Shown: positions 8,680 through 18,004 of the stretch, piece after piece | Layout: every line of letters starts with the position of its first letter | How positions within the stretch are numbered: position 1 is the first letter of the stretch | Virus record (IMG/VR): IMGVR_UViG_3300008259_002957 | Strand: one strand, 5' to 3' | DNA: 64,000 nucleotides | Source of the DNA: a virus | Taxonomy: Duplodnaviria; Caudoviricetes | Notes under the pieces: model-generated | Seen by the model: the letters and a program-made list of their open reading frames with translations, nothing else | Database searches by the model: none | What the model was told of the DNA's origin: nothing | Position numbers and translations under genes: made by a program

Positions 8680-9527
8680 AATAAACTTTCTATTGTTTTT
8701 TTTAACCCATTATACAGTGTTGTATACTTTGTAAATCCTGTTAACTTTTGAACCAGTGCAGTGTCCGGACAACGTCTTGTTACACTGCCTTTTGGCGAAG
8801 GATGCACAGTTAACAAATTAGGATCAACACCCATGATTTCCATGATAATTTTTGCAACAGTACTTATTTCAATTTCATCCTGGTGTCCTACGTTGACAAT
8901 ACGATTGCTATGATTTAAAATCAATTGATGAGTCATTTCAATTGCGTCGTCGATATAGCAAAAACTTCTAGTATCATTACCGTTGATATAATACTCTTGT
9001 TTTTTTACACGCTGGACAAATTCTGATACAAAATGATCTTTTTGACCAGGTCCGTAGATATTGAAGTAACGAATAACCAACCAAGGCATGCCGGAGTTAA
9101 TAACAAGATTTTCTCCTAGTGCTTTTGGGATACTGTAACTCCATCTTGGATTTTCGATGTCCTGAAATAATATAGGAACACGCTCGTCAGTGGGTACAGG
9201 ATAAATCCCCGTGTCTACTGCACCATTAAAAATTTCGCAGGTGCTGGCAAACACAAATTTAGTGTTGGTATTCCTGTACCGGTCAACAAGATTAAATGTT
9301 GGCAATGTATTATTAAATGCAACTTCTACGGGCTGTTCATAAAACAGTTTGGTTCCGTTAGTTGCTGCCAGATGTACAACTACGTCAACATCTGGCAAAG
9401 TCTGCACAAAGTTGCAATCTTTTAAATCTTGATGACTTTGAAGATCGCAGCCTATTGCATCAGGGTATACTCTATTATAATAATAACTTCCGATGAAACC
9501 TTGGTGACCGGTAACAAGATATTTCAT
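8676..9527 (-). CDS. NAD-dependent nucleotide-sugar epimerase/dehydratase (extended SDR)
   Basis: LVTGHQGFIG, HLAA, YSIPK (YxxxK), RYFNIYGP, TRSFCYIDD. Confidence 0.9.
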   Translation of the reverse strand: MKYLVTGHQGFIGSYYYNRVYPDAIGCDLQSHQDLKDCNFVQTLPDVDVVVHLAATNGTKLFYEQPVEVAFNNTLPTFNLVDRYRNTNTKFVFASTCEIFNGAVDTGIYPVPTDERVPILFQDIENPRWSYSIPKALGENLVINSGMPWLVIRYFNIYGPGQKDHFVSEFVQRVKKQEYYINGNDTRSFCYIDDAIEMTHQLILNHSNRIVNVGHQDEIEISTVAKIIMEIMGVDPNLLTVHPSPKGSVTRRCPDTALVQKLTGFTKYTTLYNGLKKTIESLL

Positions 9528-9528
9528 G

Positions 9529-10152
9529 TTAACCTATAGTGGTTACGTTTAGTTTTTTCTTTAGGTAGTTTAAGAAGAGACCATACAACGGTAGGAACAC
9601 TAAGAATCCAATTGCAATTTTAATACCCACTTGTGAGTGTGCAACTGAAACCCAGTTTTCAGACATAAATGCATCTGCTGAACCATGGAAGGCTACTGAG
9701 AAGAATGTGTATGTATCAATGATGGTTGCTGCAACAGTTGATATTGCAGGAGCAGCCCACCAATTGTCAGTCCAACGTTCTCTAATGTGTTGGAACACAT
9801 AAACGTCAAGTAGTGTACCAACTGCATAAGCAGTAGCACTGGCAAAGCCGATACGTAGTGCAACACTTTCAGGAGCACCACTTGCTAACACAACTGCGAT
9901 AGAAGCGATAATCGCAAATGGGTAAGCAAACGCAATAGTTGCTCTTGCTGTTTCTTTTCCTAGTAGTCTAACAGTCAAGTCTGTTGCAAGAACTACTAGA
10001 GGGAATGTAAGTGCCGACCAACTAATAACAAAGCCTGCTAGTGTAAATGTGCTACTAACAATTGCGTTCGAAATTGTAATAATAGCAACATGTAATAGTA
10101 CTAATTTAATTAACATTGACCTATCAATGTTTTGTAATAATCCAAACATCAT
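9529..10152 (-). CDS. yhhQ: queuosine-precursor (preQ0/preQ1) transporter, YhhQ/VUT family
   Basis: Polytopic membrane protein with TFPLVVLATDLTVRLLG, RIGFASATAY...LDVYVF, WWAAPAISTV...IDTYTFF. Confidence 0.85.
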   Translation of the reverse strand: MMFGLLQNIDRSMLIKLVLLHVAIITISNAIVSSTFTLAGFVISWSALTFPLVVLATDLTVRLLGKETARATIAFAYPFAIIASIAVVLASGAPESVALRIGFASATAYAVGTLLDVYVFQHIRERWTDNWWAAPAISTVAATIIDTYTFFSVAFHGSADAFMSENWVSVAHSQVGIKIAIGFLVFLPLYGLFLNYLKKKLNVTTIG

Positions 10153-10159
10153 GTTTCCT

Positions 10160-10516
10160 TTATATTTTGGTGCCTATTGTACGACGAACAATGTCATCGT
10201 GGTTAAACTCGGCCCAATATAGTTCAAAGGCGACACCGTCTTCTAAACCTTCAAACTGATGTATCTTGCCGGGCTTGACTTGCGTAAAGTCTCCGGCGCC
10301 GAGTATAGTCTCATCAACTAGACCTTGCTGGTCTGCGTCTTGCCAAACACGGATTAGCATTTTGCCTGATTCAACAAAGAATCCGTTCCATTTAAATCTG
10401 TGTTCGTGTTCGCTGCATTTGTATCCTGCTCGAAATTCTATACGGTGAAATTCCAGTACACCGTTGGCGTGGATAAGTTCGGTATTACCCCAAATCTTTC
10501 CTGCTTTAATTCCCAT
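10160..10516 (-). CDS. cupin (RmlC-like) protein
   Basis: GKIWG, CSEHEHRFKWNGFFVESG, VKPGKIHQF. Confidence 0.75.
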   Translation of the reverse strand: MGIKAGKIWGNTELIHANGVLEFHRIEFRAGYKCSEHEHRFKWNGFFVESGKMLIRVWQDADQQGLVDETILGAGDFTQVKPGKIHQFEGLEDGVAFELYWAEFNHDDIVRRTIGTKI

Positions 10517-11022
10517 TATAGTAATCTCCCAAAATCAATAATTTCGCTCTGTCTGTTGATGTCTTTTACAAAAAATGCACACAACGGATTGTCACCGTTG
10601 GTAATAGGTATACTTAACAGTTGTCCGTTACGCATTTTTGGAAAATACCATTTTACATCATTGTAAAAATTAAGTATTTCTATTCTACCAAACTGTGGAT
10701 AACTTCCGGTTAGTGGGTTAAAAAGAAATGCTTCAAACCCTCTATCATTTAAACTCGTTAAGGGTAATACTTCTAAATCTGATCCTGCGTCACTGCATCC
10801 TACAGCAATACACCAGTCTAGAGGCATGGTAATTTCGTGACCGTTAATTTCTAATACTATTGCAGGACTGTTAAAACTTTCTAGAAAAATTAGTGGGTTA
10901 AAAAAGAAATCCGGATCCAAAGGATTACTGTTATCTAATACTGCAAATCTTACTGTTTCTTCTACGGATTCGGGTAAACGATTTAGTGAAAATGTTTTGT
11001 TCTCAAGTGTTAAAATTCTCAT
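10516..11022 (-). CDS. hypothetical beta-rich protein (possible degenerate Hint fold)
   Basis: 168-aa ORF coupled to neighbours; see findings. Confidence 0.65.
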   Translation of the reverse strand: MRILTLENKTFSLNRLPESVEETVRFAVLDNSNPLDPDFFFNPLIFLESFNSPAIVLEINGHEITMPLDWCIAVGCSDAGSDLEVLPLTSLNDRGFEAFLFNPLTGSYPQFGRIEILNFYNDVKWYFPKMRNGQLLSIPITNGDNPLCAFFVKDINRQSEIIDFGRLL

Positions 11023-11031
11023 TTTTAGTTA

Positions 11032-12489
11032 TTAATTCCAATCAATCTTTTCGAGAGTAAACGGGTATTGAGCTTCTGCGTAATACTTTTTACGTTGAGC
11101 CAGATGCCGCTTCGCAAACTTACAAGTACTTGTAAGATCCCATATCTGTACGAAGTCTTTATCTTTTGCCTTTCTAACGCCTCTGCCTATTGATTGAATA
11201 ACACGTACAAAACTTTTGCCCGGCTCAAACAGTACAAGATTAAATATGCGTGGTATGTTAATACCAACTGCTGCCACGCCATAGGTAGCAATAATAACCA
11301 TGTTGGTAGCGTCTTGTACTTCGTTGTATGTTTCTTTACGGTCTTTGGTTTTTACTGCACCGTTGATAAACACAGAGCCAGGAATAAGTTTTTGTAACTC
11401 TACGCCTGCTGTAATTCTGTCTACTAAAATAAGTGTGTTGCCTGAATCTTTAATTTTTAATAAAAGTTTGCTGATGTAATCTAAACGTTTTTCGTCTGTT
11501 ACAAGATACTTTAATTCTGCCTGATAATCTCTAAATTCTTTGGTGTCAATCAACTGACATATGTTAACATGACATGCAGACAAGATACCCTTGTCTTGTA
11601 ATTCTTTTGCAGTCACAGATCCTATTACTGGACCAAGACTTGCTAGTATACTTTGGAATTCATAATCCTCTTTTGGAATAGTTCCAGTCACTCCCCAACG
11701 TATCGGGCAGTTGTTCAAGTTCTGTGTTAGTATTGCTTTTAATACTTCTGCTTTTGCTTGGTGTACTTCGTCAACAATAACTGCACTTACACCATCTAAA
11801 AACTCGTCCAATCCAAATGTGCTTTCGCCATTCTTATGACGTTTTTCGAGAATGTTAAGACTTTGCCATGTGCATATAGTGTGTGTCTTGCCAAAGTCTT
11901 TTCTGTCACCGTAATATACACCAACATCTAGTCTACAATTTTTGTAGTCATCTTCGGTTTGTTCTACTAGACTTTTGTTAGGAACAATTATCAGTGTACG
12001 TCCGTATGGTTCACAAACTTTTGATAATGTTGCTGTGGTAATTGTTTTACCAGCACCAGTTGACACTTCTTGTAAACTTTGTGGATTCTCCAAGAACCGA
12101 TTGATAACTTCTACTTGGTCATCTCTTAGCCTAACAGGTTCGCCTTCAAATCTGTGTCCTTTTGGCCAACATACGTCTCCCCAAAATTCTTCAGTCACTG
12201 GTGTAAAATTTATATTGATTGGATTTCGACGATCTTCAATTTCAGAAATTGAAATACCATTTTGTTCAAGTATTGGCAGCAACACATCTAAATGATTTAG
12301 ATAGCCCGATCCTCCAATACCAAAAAAGCCAACCTTACCGTCCCATCTGCCTAGTTTAAACTGAGGCATATGGCGTGCATACGGGACATCAAATTTTAAT
12401 GTGTTAGAAAGTTTGCGTCGAACATCAACGTCGAGTCCTTCAAACTTAATATTAACTTCGTCTTCAATAATTAACTTAGTAGTGCCCAT
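11032..12489 (-). CDS. uvsW: SF2 DNA helicase, UvsW-like
   Basis: LRDDQ, STGAGKT, DEVH, GVTGT, ATYGVAAVGINI, QSIGRGVR. Confidence 0.9.
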   Translation of the reverse strand: MGTTKLIIEDEVNIKFEGLDVDVRRKLSNTLKFDVPYARHMPQFKLGRWDGKVGFFGIGGSGYLNHLDVLLPILEQNGISISEIEDRRNPININFTPVTEEFWGDVCWPKGHRFEGEPVRLRDDQVEVINRFLENPQSLQEVSTGAGKTITTATLSKVCEPYGRTLIIVPNKSLVEQTEDDYKNCRLDVGVYYGDRKDFGKTHTICTWQSLNILEKRHKNGESTFGLDEFLDGVSAVIVDEVHQAKAEVLKAILTQNLNNCPIRWGVTGTIPKEDYEFQSILASLGPVIGSVTAKELQDKGILSACHVNICQLIDTKEFRDYQAELKYLVTDEKRLDYISKLLLKIKDSGNTLILVDRITAGVELQKLIPGSVFINGAVKTKDRKETYNEVQDATNMVIIATYGVAAVGINIPRIFNLVLFEPGKSFVRVIQSIGRGVRKAKDKDFVQIWDLTSTCKFAKRHLAQRKKYYAEAQYPFTLEKIDWN

Positions 12490-13657
12490 TTGTTCTTGTT
12501 TTTCTAATTAGGCTGAGATCCTCGTCGTAAAACACAACTAAATCAGTTGCATCAAGAGTATAAGTTTGTACAGAATTGTTTGATCTCAAACTAGATAACC
12601 CTAAAACAGCCATTGGCTGCCAATCGCTACGCAGTAGCAGTTTTGGCAGTTTATTCTTACTAATATACACAACTTTAGTACTTTTGTCAAGCCAATTGTT
12701 TAAGTTATTGTCTTTAATGAAATTATTTAGATTGTACTCTGTCTTTTTGTCATTTTCAATTCTAAACAACACAGTCTGCTCTGCGCTGGAATAAACATTG
12801 GACACAGCGTTATATATTGCAGAAACTTGGGTCAATGAGTTTTCCTCGTCCACCAGCACCAGCAAAGGAAAGCGTTGCAGTTGATACAATACTTCAACCA
12901 CTTCGTGTAGTTTGTATTTTGTTGGGCTAACAGCAATCTGTCCATCTTGTCTATACAACATTTCGCCAAGCAGTCCGTTGGGTTGATCAAACTCAAAACG
13001 AGCAATACCGTAACGTTCTCTACGGTCAAAATACATCATAAGATTGCTGCTGTTTAACGGGCCCAGTTCTGATTCCATTAACTCGATTGCAGATGATCTA
13101 AAGTTACGCAGTTCGTTGTTGTATACACCCGGAATAAGATTTGCACTCTCTGCACGAACTTCTTTGATTTTTTCGTAGTGTTCGAGTAAATCGGGCTCAA
13201 TGTAAAAACTTTTTTCTTTAAATTTTTCTACTACTGCTTCCGCAGTTAGTTCGTTGAATTTAAAATAATGCTCGTGAGAACCTTTTTCGTGTTTGTAAAA
13301 ACGTCGTAACTTTGATGCAAGTTCTTCAATCAACACAATAGTTTTTTTGTTAAACGGAAACCGAACAGATATCATTCCGTTGCTGTTAACAGTGACAGTT
13401 TTTGTTCTGTCAACTGAACGTAGAGGCTGACGCAGTGTGTCGAGTGCTGATTCAAAATCGGCAGGTGTTTCAAACTCCAACACTATCTGTTCTTGATATG
13501 CACGTATCTTATTTTTTGCAAGTTCGAACTGAAGATCAGTTAATGCAGTATTACGAGCAATTTGTCGTGCAATACTATAAAGAATACCTTTATCAGAGAC
13601 AGAGGCAATGTCAGATAGTTTTATAAACTCAATGATGTCTTCGATGTTTTTTAGCAT
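12476..13657 (-). CDS. hypothetical protein
   Basis: 393-aa ORF overlapping the uvsW start; no recognised motif. Confidence 0.75.
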   Translation of the reverse strand: MLKNIEDIIEFIKLSDIASVSDKGILYSIARQIARNTALTDLQFELAKNKIRAYQEQIVLEFETPADFESALDTLRQPLRSVDRTKTVTVNSNGMISVRFPFNKKTIVLIEELASKLRRFYKHEKGSHEHYFKFNELTAEAVVEKFKEKSFYIEPDLLEHYEKIKEVRAESANLIPGVYNNELRNFRSSAIELMESELGPLNSSNLMMYFDRRERYGIARFEFDQPNGLLGEMLYRQDGQIAVSPTKYKLHEVVEVLYQLQRFPLLVLVDEENSLTQVSAIYNAVSNVYSSAEQTVLFRIENDKKTEYNLNNFIKDNNLNNWLDKSTKVVYISKNKLPKLLLRSDWQPMAVLGLSSLRSNNSVQTYTLDATDLVVFYDEDLSLIRKTRTNGHY

Positions 13658-13659
13658 AC

Positions 13660-14520
13660 CTAAATTGTAACATTTTCAAGTTTGGGTGTCAATCTCTTTA
13701 ACGGCAATCCTTGACGTATTTCATCTACTGTCCATTCAGTGTATGCGTAATCGTTGAGCCATTGTGCTCTGTCTGGCTTTGCAGGGTTTTCAATATCAGC
13801 AAAATCTTGCGTTGCAACATCCCATGCTAGACTACCGGGTCCTACGATTGCAGGTATTCCTGCAATAACGCTTTGTGGGCCAGGATTTGAACTCCAACTA
13901 ACTGTTGTCCAAACTCTCGAGAATGCCAAATCAAAATTATCATAAGATCCAGAAATCTGTACAGGATCTTGTCTATACACATTTTTTAATCCGCGTTCGA
14001 TATGCGGCAATGGACAACGAGGATGTGGTCTAAAAATTATTGGACGTTCGGTATATTGTCTAATAGTGTCGATGGTTTCAATTACCCAGTTGCTTATAAT
14101 AGGCATATCTTGCCATTGTAAACTTTTGTTATGTTGTCCGCAAAGTAATACAAATTCGCCGTTGTCTTTCCAATTAGACAATTTTAAACCCAAGCGAGTA
14201 GCACGATTTTCGTTGTTGTTAGTGGGCCCAAAATAAGCATTACGATTGATTCCGTTGATGCCTACTTTCCAAGTTGTTCCTCTATGTATACCACCTATTT
14301 CTAATACTACTACGTTTCTTCCTGTTTTACGATAATAATCCCACACAGGTTTATTTCCCGACATACGCCCATTCCAAAGAACACTCCATATAACAGCAAC
14401 ATCGCAGTGCATGTCGCTTTCACAAACTGTATGCCCTGCTGCTACTAAACTTTGTTCAAATGCTTCAAATACAGGTTTACTGTTTAGTGCGCCATATTCT
14501 TTGAATAGACTAAATTTCAT
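13660..14520 (-). CDS. KpsS/KpsC-like (Capsule_synth) GT-B glycosyltransferase candidate 1
   Basis: LLCGQH, IIFRPHPR, VSWSSNPGPQSVIAGIP, PDRAQWLNDYAYTEW. Confidence 0.6.
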   Translation of the reverse strand: MKFSLFKEYGALNSKPVFEAFEQSLVAAGHTVCESDMHCDVAVIWSVLWNGRMSGNKPVWDYYRKTGRNVVVLEIGGIHRGTTWKVGINGINRNAYFGPTNNNENRATRLGLKLSNWKDNGEFVLLCGQHNKSLQWQDMPIISNWVIETIDTIRQYTERPIIFRPHPRCPLPHIERGLKNVYRQDPVQISGSYDNFDLAFSRVWTTVSWSSNPGPQSVIAGIPAIVGPGSLAWDVATQDFADIENPAKPDRAQWLNDYAYTEWTVDEIRQGLPLKRLTPKLENVTI

Positions 14521-14523
14521 TGG

Positions 14524-14546
14524 TTAAATACTCCAGTATTATTTAA
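14524..14546. promoter_or_regulatory. divergent late-promoter-like motifs (TTAAATA on both strands)
   Basis: TTAAATA at 14524-14530 (+) and 14546-14540 (-) within the 38-nt gap between divergent genes. Confidence 0.55.
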
Positions 14547-14558
14547 CAAGGATTTAAT

Positions 14559-15395
14559 ATGACAAATATCACTGTGGTTACAACATTTCACCAAGCCGGC
14601 TTGGAGTTATACGGTCAACGATTCTTAGATAGTTTTGCCAAGCGAGTTGACAAACGTATCAAGTTATTGGTTTACACTGAAAATTGTAACCCAGTTAATC
14701 CCGATCCCGATCAAGTTATTATTTTAAATGCTGCTGACTCGTTGACTAAATTAAATGCGTTTAAATCACGTTGGAGAGATGTGCCCAAAGCAAATGGAAA
14801 ATGTCCGTGGCCGGAGCGTAGACCAAGAGATTGGAATAAAGAGTTTAAGTGGAATGCTGTAAGATTTGCCAACAAAGTTTATGCAGTATTTGATGCATGT
14901 AACCGAAGCAGCGATTGGTGTGTATGGATGGATGCTGATACATTTGTACATTCAGATTGGAGTTATGAAGAATTTAAGAGTCTTCTTCCAGACACAAGTT
15001 GGATTACATATGTAGGGCGTGGAAAGGGTTCGCAAACTTGGCCAGAGTGTGGATTTTATGGGTTAAATTTAAAAAATGGTGTATGTCAAGAATTTCTTGT
15101 TGAATTCGAACGTTCTTACGAAGATGCTGACAACGGAATATTTTTATTAGATGAATGGCATGATAGTTTTGTGTTTGGAACAATTTTAAATCAGATGAAA
15201 AATCGTCATCCTAATGTACTTGATTACAGTGCTGAAATGTATCTAACACAAGCAAAAACAGGCGGTGGTGGTCATCCGTTGATTAATACCAAATTAGGTC
15301 AATGGATAGATCACATGAAGGGCGATCGAAAAACATTAGGAAAAAGCAAATCTTCAGATATTATGGTTAAAAGAAAAGAAGGTTACTGGCAATAA
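14559..15395 (+). CDS. GT-A glycosyltransferase (nucleotide-diphospho-sugar transferase-like)
   Basis: RFANKVYAV, WCVWMDADTFVH (DxD), WHDSFVF, DHMKG. Confidence 0.75.
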   Translation: MTNITVVTTFHQAGLELYGQRFLDSFAKRVDKRIKLLVYTENCNPVNPDPDQVIILNAADSLTKLNAFKSRWRDVPKANGKCPWPERRPRDWNKEFKWNAVRFANKVYAVFDACNRSSDWCVWMDADTFVHSDWSYEEFKSLLPDTSWITYVGRGKGSQTWPECGFYGLNLKNGVCQEFLVEFERSYEDADNGIFLLDEWHDSFVFGTILNQMKNRHPNVLDYSAEMYLTQAKTGGGGHPLINTKLGQWIDHMKGDRKTLGKSKSSDIMVKRKEGYWQ

Positions 15396-16312
15396 TTTCT
15401 CATATGACGCCAGGCTGAGCCGTCCTCGAGTTCACTAAACTTCCAATGAAACATCGATATTCTTTCTAGCCATTGTTGTCTATCAAAATCTTCTGGATTT
15501 TCTATTTTACTAAAGTCTGTATTAGCAACATCTTTACACTGACTGTTCTCTGGGTCGGTTATAAATCCACGATATCCCTTGATAATAGGTCCTACAATTG
15601 CACTGCTATTATGATTAACCACTGCCCAGGCATTTGATAAATCGGTTTCTAAAGAATTGTTAAAATTACTGATTGATACATTCGGCAAGTTTTTTATTAA
15701 AGTTTTTTTAGGATCTAAATAAGTTTTAGACTGCTTATCTCCGGGATGAGATCTTATTAAAATTGGTCTGTTTGAATATTGTCTAATTTTTTTAATTGTG
15801 TTTAGAGCCCATTGTTGTGTGTCTATACCACTCATGCTCCACCCGCCGTTTCTTTGTAACATCAGCAGTATATGTTTGCCTTGTGTTTTTACGTTTTCTA
15901 TGTTGATGTTACAATCTTTAGATATTTGTTGCCATCTAGCAGGATTTACTTTATCGTCGCAATAGATTCCTGTATTAGGAAAAACTCCGTTGAAACTATA
16001 TCGTAGATATCCGTGAGGATTGATTTTGTTTGAATACAAAAACAAATTTGCATCAGCAACCACCACATACTTTTTGTTTTTTATCTGAGTATCGATTATT
16101 TGTTTTCTTAACTTTAAATGCGGCGAGGAAATATCGTCATAGACCCACCCTTGTATTACACCTACATCTGCAGGTAATACTTCGCCGTTATTTTCTATTA
16201 TTCCTTCGTCGCTGTTTTTTACAACACCGGTAATAAATTTTAATAAAAGTTCTGTTTTTTGTTGATTGGTATTTTTTGCTGGAACAGTTTTAAGATAACT
16301 AACTATCTTCAT
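15383..16312 (-). CDS. KpsS/KpsC-like GT-B glycosyltransferase candidate 2
   Basis: LLMLQRNGG, ILIRSHPGD, VVNHNSSAIVGPIIKG, DRQQWLERISMFHW. Confidence 0.6.
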   Translation of the reverse strand: MKIVSYLKTVPAKNTNQQKTELLLKFITGVVKNSDEGIIENNGEVLPADVGVIQGWVYDDISSPHLKLRKQIIDTQIKNKKYVVVADANLFLYSNKINPHGYLRYSFNGVFPNTGIYCDDKVNPARWQQISKDCNINIENVKTQGKHILLMLQRNGGWSMSGIDTQQWALNTIKKIRQYSNRPILIRSHPGDKQSKTYLDPKKTLIKNLPNVSISNFNNSLETDLSNAWAVVNHNSSAIVGPIIKGYRGFITDPENSQCKDVANTDFSKIENPEDFDRQQWLERISMFHWKFSELEDGSAWRHMRNYCQ

Positions 16313-17174
16313 TTAATATGCTCCATGCAAATCCATTCTGCATTTCAGTAGAATTAAACTGGCAATAAGACAAGTGTGCTGCAAATCGAACAGTTTCTTC
16401 TTTAGTAGGCAAATATAAACTGTTAATATCTTTGAGTGCAGTATTACATAATACAGAAGCAGCGTTTGGTGCTAATGCAATAGCCGGTACACTGTAAAGT
16501 AATGCTTCTGTTGCTGCAATGCTGTTAAATGTAACCAAGCAGTATGCATCATCTAATGCATCCCAAATTGTATTAGTCGTAACTCTTTCAGAACGATCAG
16601 GTTTAATTCTAACTTCAATTGGACGATCGGTATATGTCTTGATCTCATCAATTGTTTCCTTTAACCAATCGTCAAGATCTTTTTTGTAGTATTTCATTAC
16701 TTTGTCAGATGGCGGACATATTAAAATTTTATTGCCAGTCTGACTGTTTCTGTTTTTGTATTTCCAGTTTAACTTTCTTAGTCTGTCGAGATCTCTGTCT
16801 TTTATAGGTCCTAAGTTTTGTAATGCATTTTTAGTAATACGATGATAGTCTTTTTTTGTACTAGGTTGAATATAGCCAGAATCAACAGCATAAAAATCTA
16901 TTTTATTTTCTAAACAATATTTTATAGCTTTCTGGCCACTGCCGCCTAGTCCACGAATTACCAGGGTGTTGCCGGTGCCTTTTTTTAATTCAAAATTACA
17001 TATACGTCCACCCGACCCCATTATAAATGATTGAAGATAAGGGTCATATTGTAATCCCTTGGCTTCGTAGTTAAATCCATCGGATGCAATTGCTGCAACT
17101 TTTATTCCCATAAACGCATCAACCTCCTTCTTAAAATCTGTGTCATCATAAATCTCATGTTCAGGATCGACCAA
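16299..17174 (-). CDS. KpsS/KpsC-like GT-B glycosyltransferase candidate 3 (possibly the C-terminal part of a fusion with the upstream GT8-like gene)
   Basis: ILICPPS, IEVRIKP, VTFNSIAATEALLYSVPAI, LSYCQF. The TTG start lacks an RBS and the frame stays open upstream through the A10 run. Confidence 0.65.
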   Translation of the reverse strand: MVDPEHEIYDDTDFKKEVDAFMGIKVAAIASDGFNYEAKGLQYDPYLQSFIMGSGGRICNFELKKGTGNTLVIRGLGGSGQKAIKYCLENKIDFYAVDSGYIQPSTKKDYHRITKNALQNLGPIKDRDLDRLRKLNWKYKNRNSQTGNKILICPPSDKVMKYYKKDLDDWLKETIDEIKTYTDRPIEVRIKPDRSERVTTNTIWDALDDAYCLVTFNSIAATEALLYSVPAIALAPNAASVLCNTALKDINSLYLPTKEETVRFAAHLSYCQFNSTEMQNGFAWSILNEDS

Positions 17175-17248
17175 CGTATTTAAATATGACTTTAAAATAG
17201 ATTTAACAGTTTTTGTAAATGTTAAATCGTCAATTGTCTTAGGTCTCT

Positions 17249-18004
17249 CTAACTCTTTTGTAAATTTTTTTTTTGAACTTCTAATTCGTTTCTTAAGTAT
17301 AGTCTTTCAACACGATACCATTCGTTAGCATATTCGCAGTTTTCGTATTGTTTAAACCATGGGCCACCTTCTGTATAATGTAATGCTTTAGGTGATCCGT
17401 CTTTGGGTTCTTTATACCATCCTACAAGCCAATTGTATTCGTGACTTAGTTTTCCAATTTCTTCATTGTCGAGCCAACTAAATCTATGCAAGAAGGCACC
17501 GGTTTTATGAGGATCATTTACAAAATCCTTTGTAACCTGTTTATTACTAGGATGTCCGCAGTTTATAAGCATCATGCTTGACCAATTTTTTCTTGGATAT
17601 TGAGTTTGTTTCTGTCCATCCATCTTAACACCTTCTTCGGGTGTATAATCGTGCTGGGCACACATGATGGCGTATTTGTCGTCAGCTTGATCGAATATAT
17701 TTTTTACATCGTCAAGAAATACAAAATCACAATCGATAAACAATGCCCATCCGTCAAAGTTGTTTAGTTCTGGAATTAAAAATCTAGTAAAGGTAAATTC
17801 GGTTGCAGCAAGAGCATCTACATCTCTCCAATACAATCCGTCTTTTCTAAGTATCTTTTGCTTTAATGGAATAACTTCAACTGGAACACTTGCAAGATTT
17901 TCTATACTTAACTTAGCAACTTGATATGCAATATCTTCTCTGCTGTCCCAACCTATGTAAACTCTTAACGGATTAACTTCTACGTTCAATATCACTCTCC
18001 ACAC
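17249..18004 (-). CDS. GT8-like glycosyltransferase (GT-A)
   Basis: RVYIGWDSRE, TEFTFTRF, FIDCDF (DxD), YPRKNWSS, WNWLVG-like YNWLVG, HYTEGGPWF. Likely start is the TTG at 17989 after GGAG. Confidence 0.85.
   Translation of the reverse strand: MWRVILNVEVNPLRVYIGWDSREDIAYQVAKLSIENLASVPVEVIPLKQKILRKDGLYWRDVDALAATEFTFTRFLIPELNNFDGWALFIDCDFVFLDDVKNIFDQADDKYAIMCAQHDYTPEEGVKMDGQKQTQYPRKNWSSMMLINCGHPSNKQVTKDFVNDPHKTGAFLHRFSWLDNEEIGKLSHEYNWLVGWYKEPKDGSPKALHYTEGGPWFKQYENCEYANEWYRVERLYLRNELEVQKKNLQKS

Noticed and set aside
10153-10159. preQ1 riboswitch upstream of yhhQ
   Set aside because: The intergenic gap is only 7 nt, an RBS, with no room for an aptamer.
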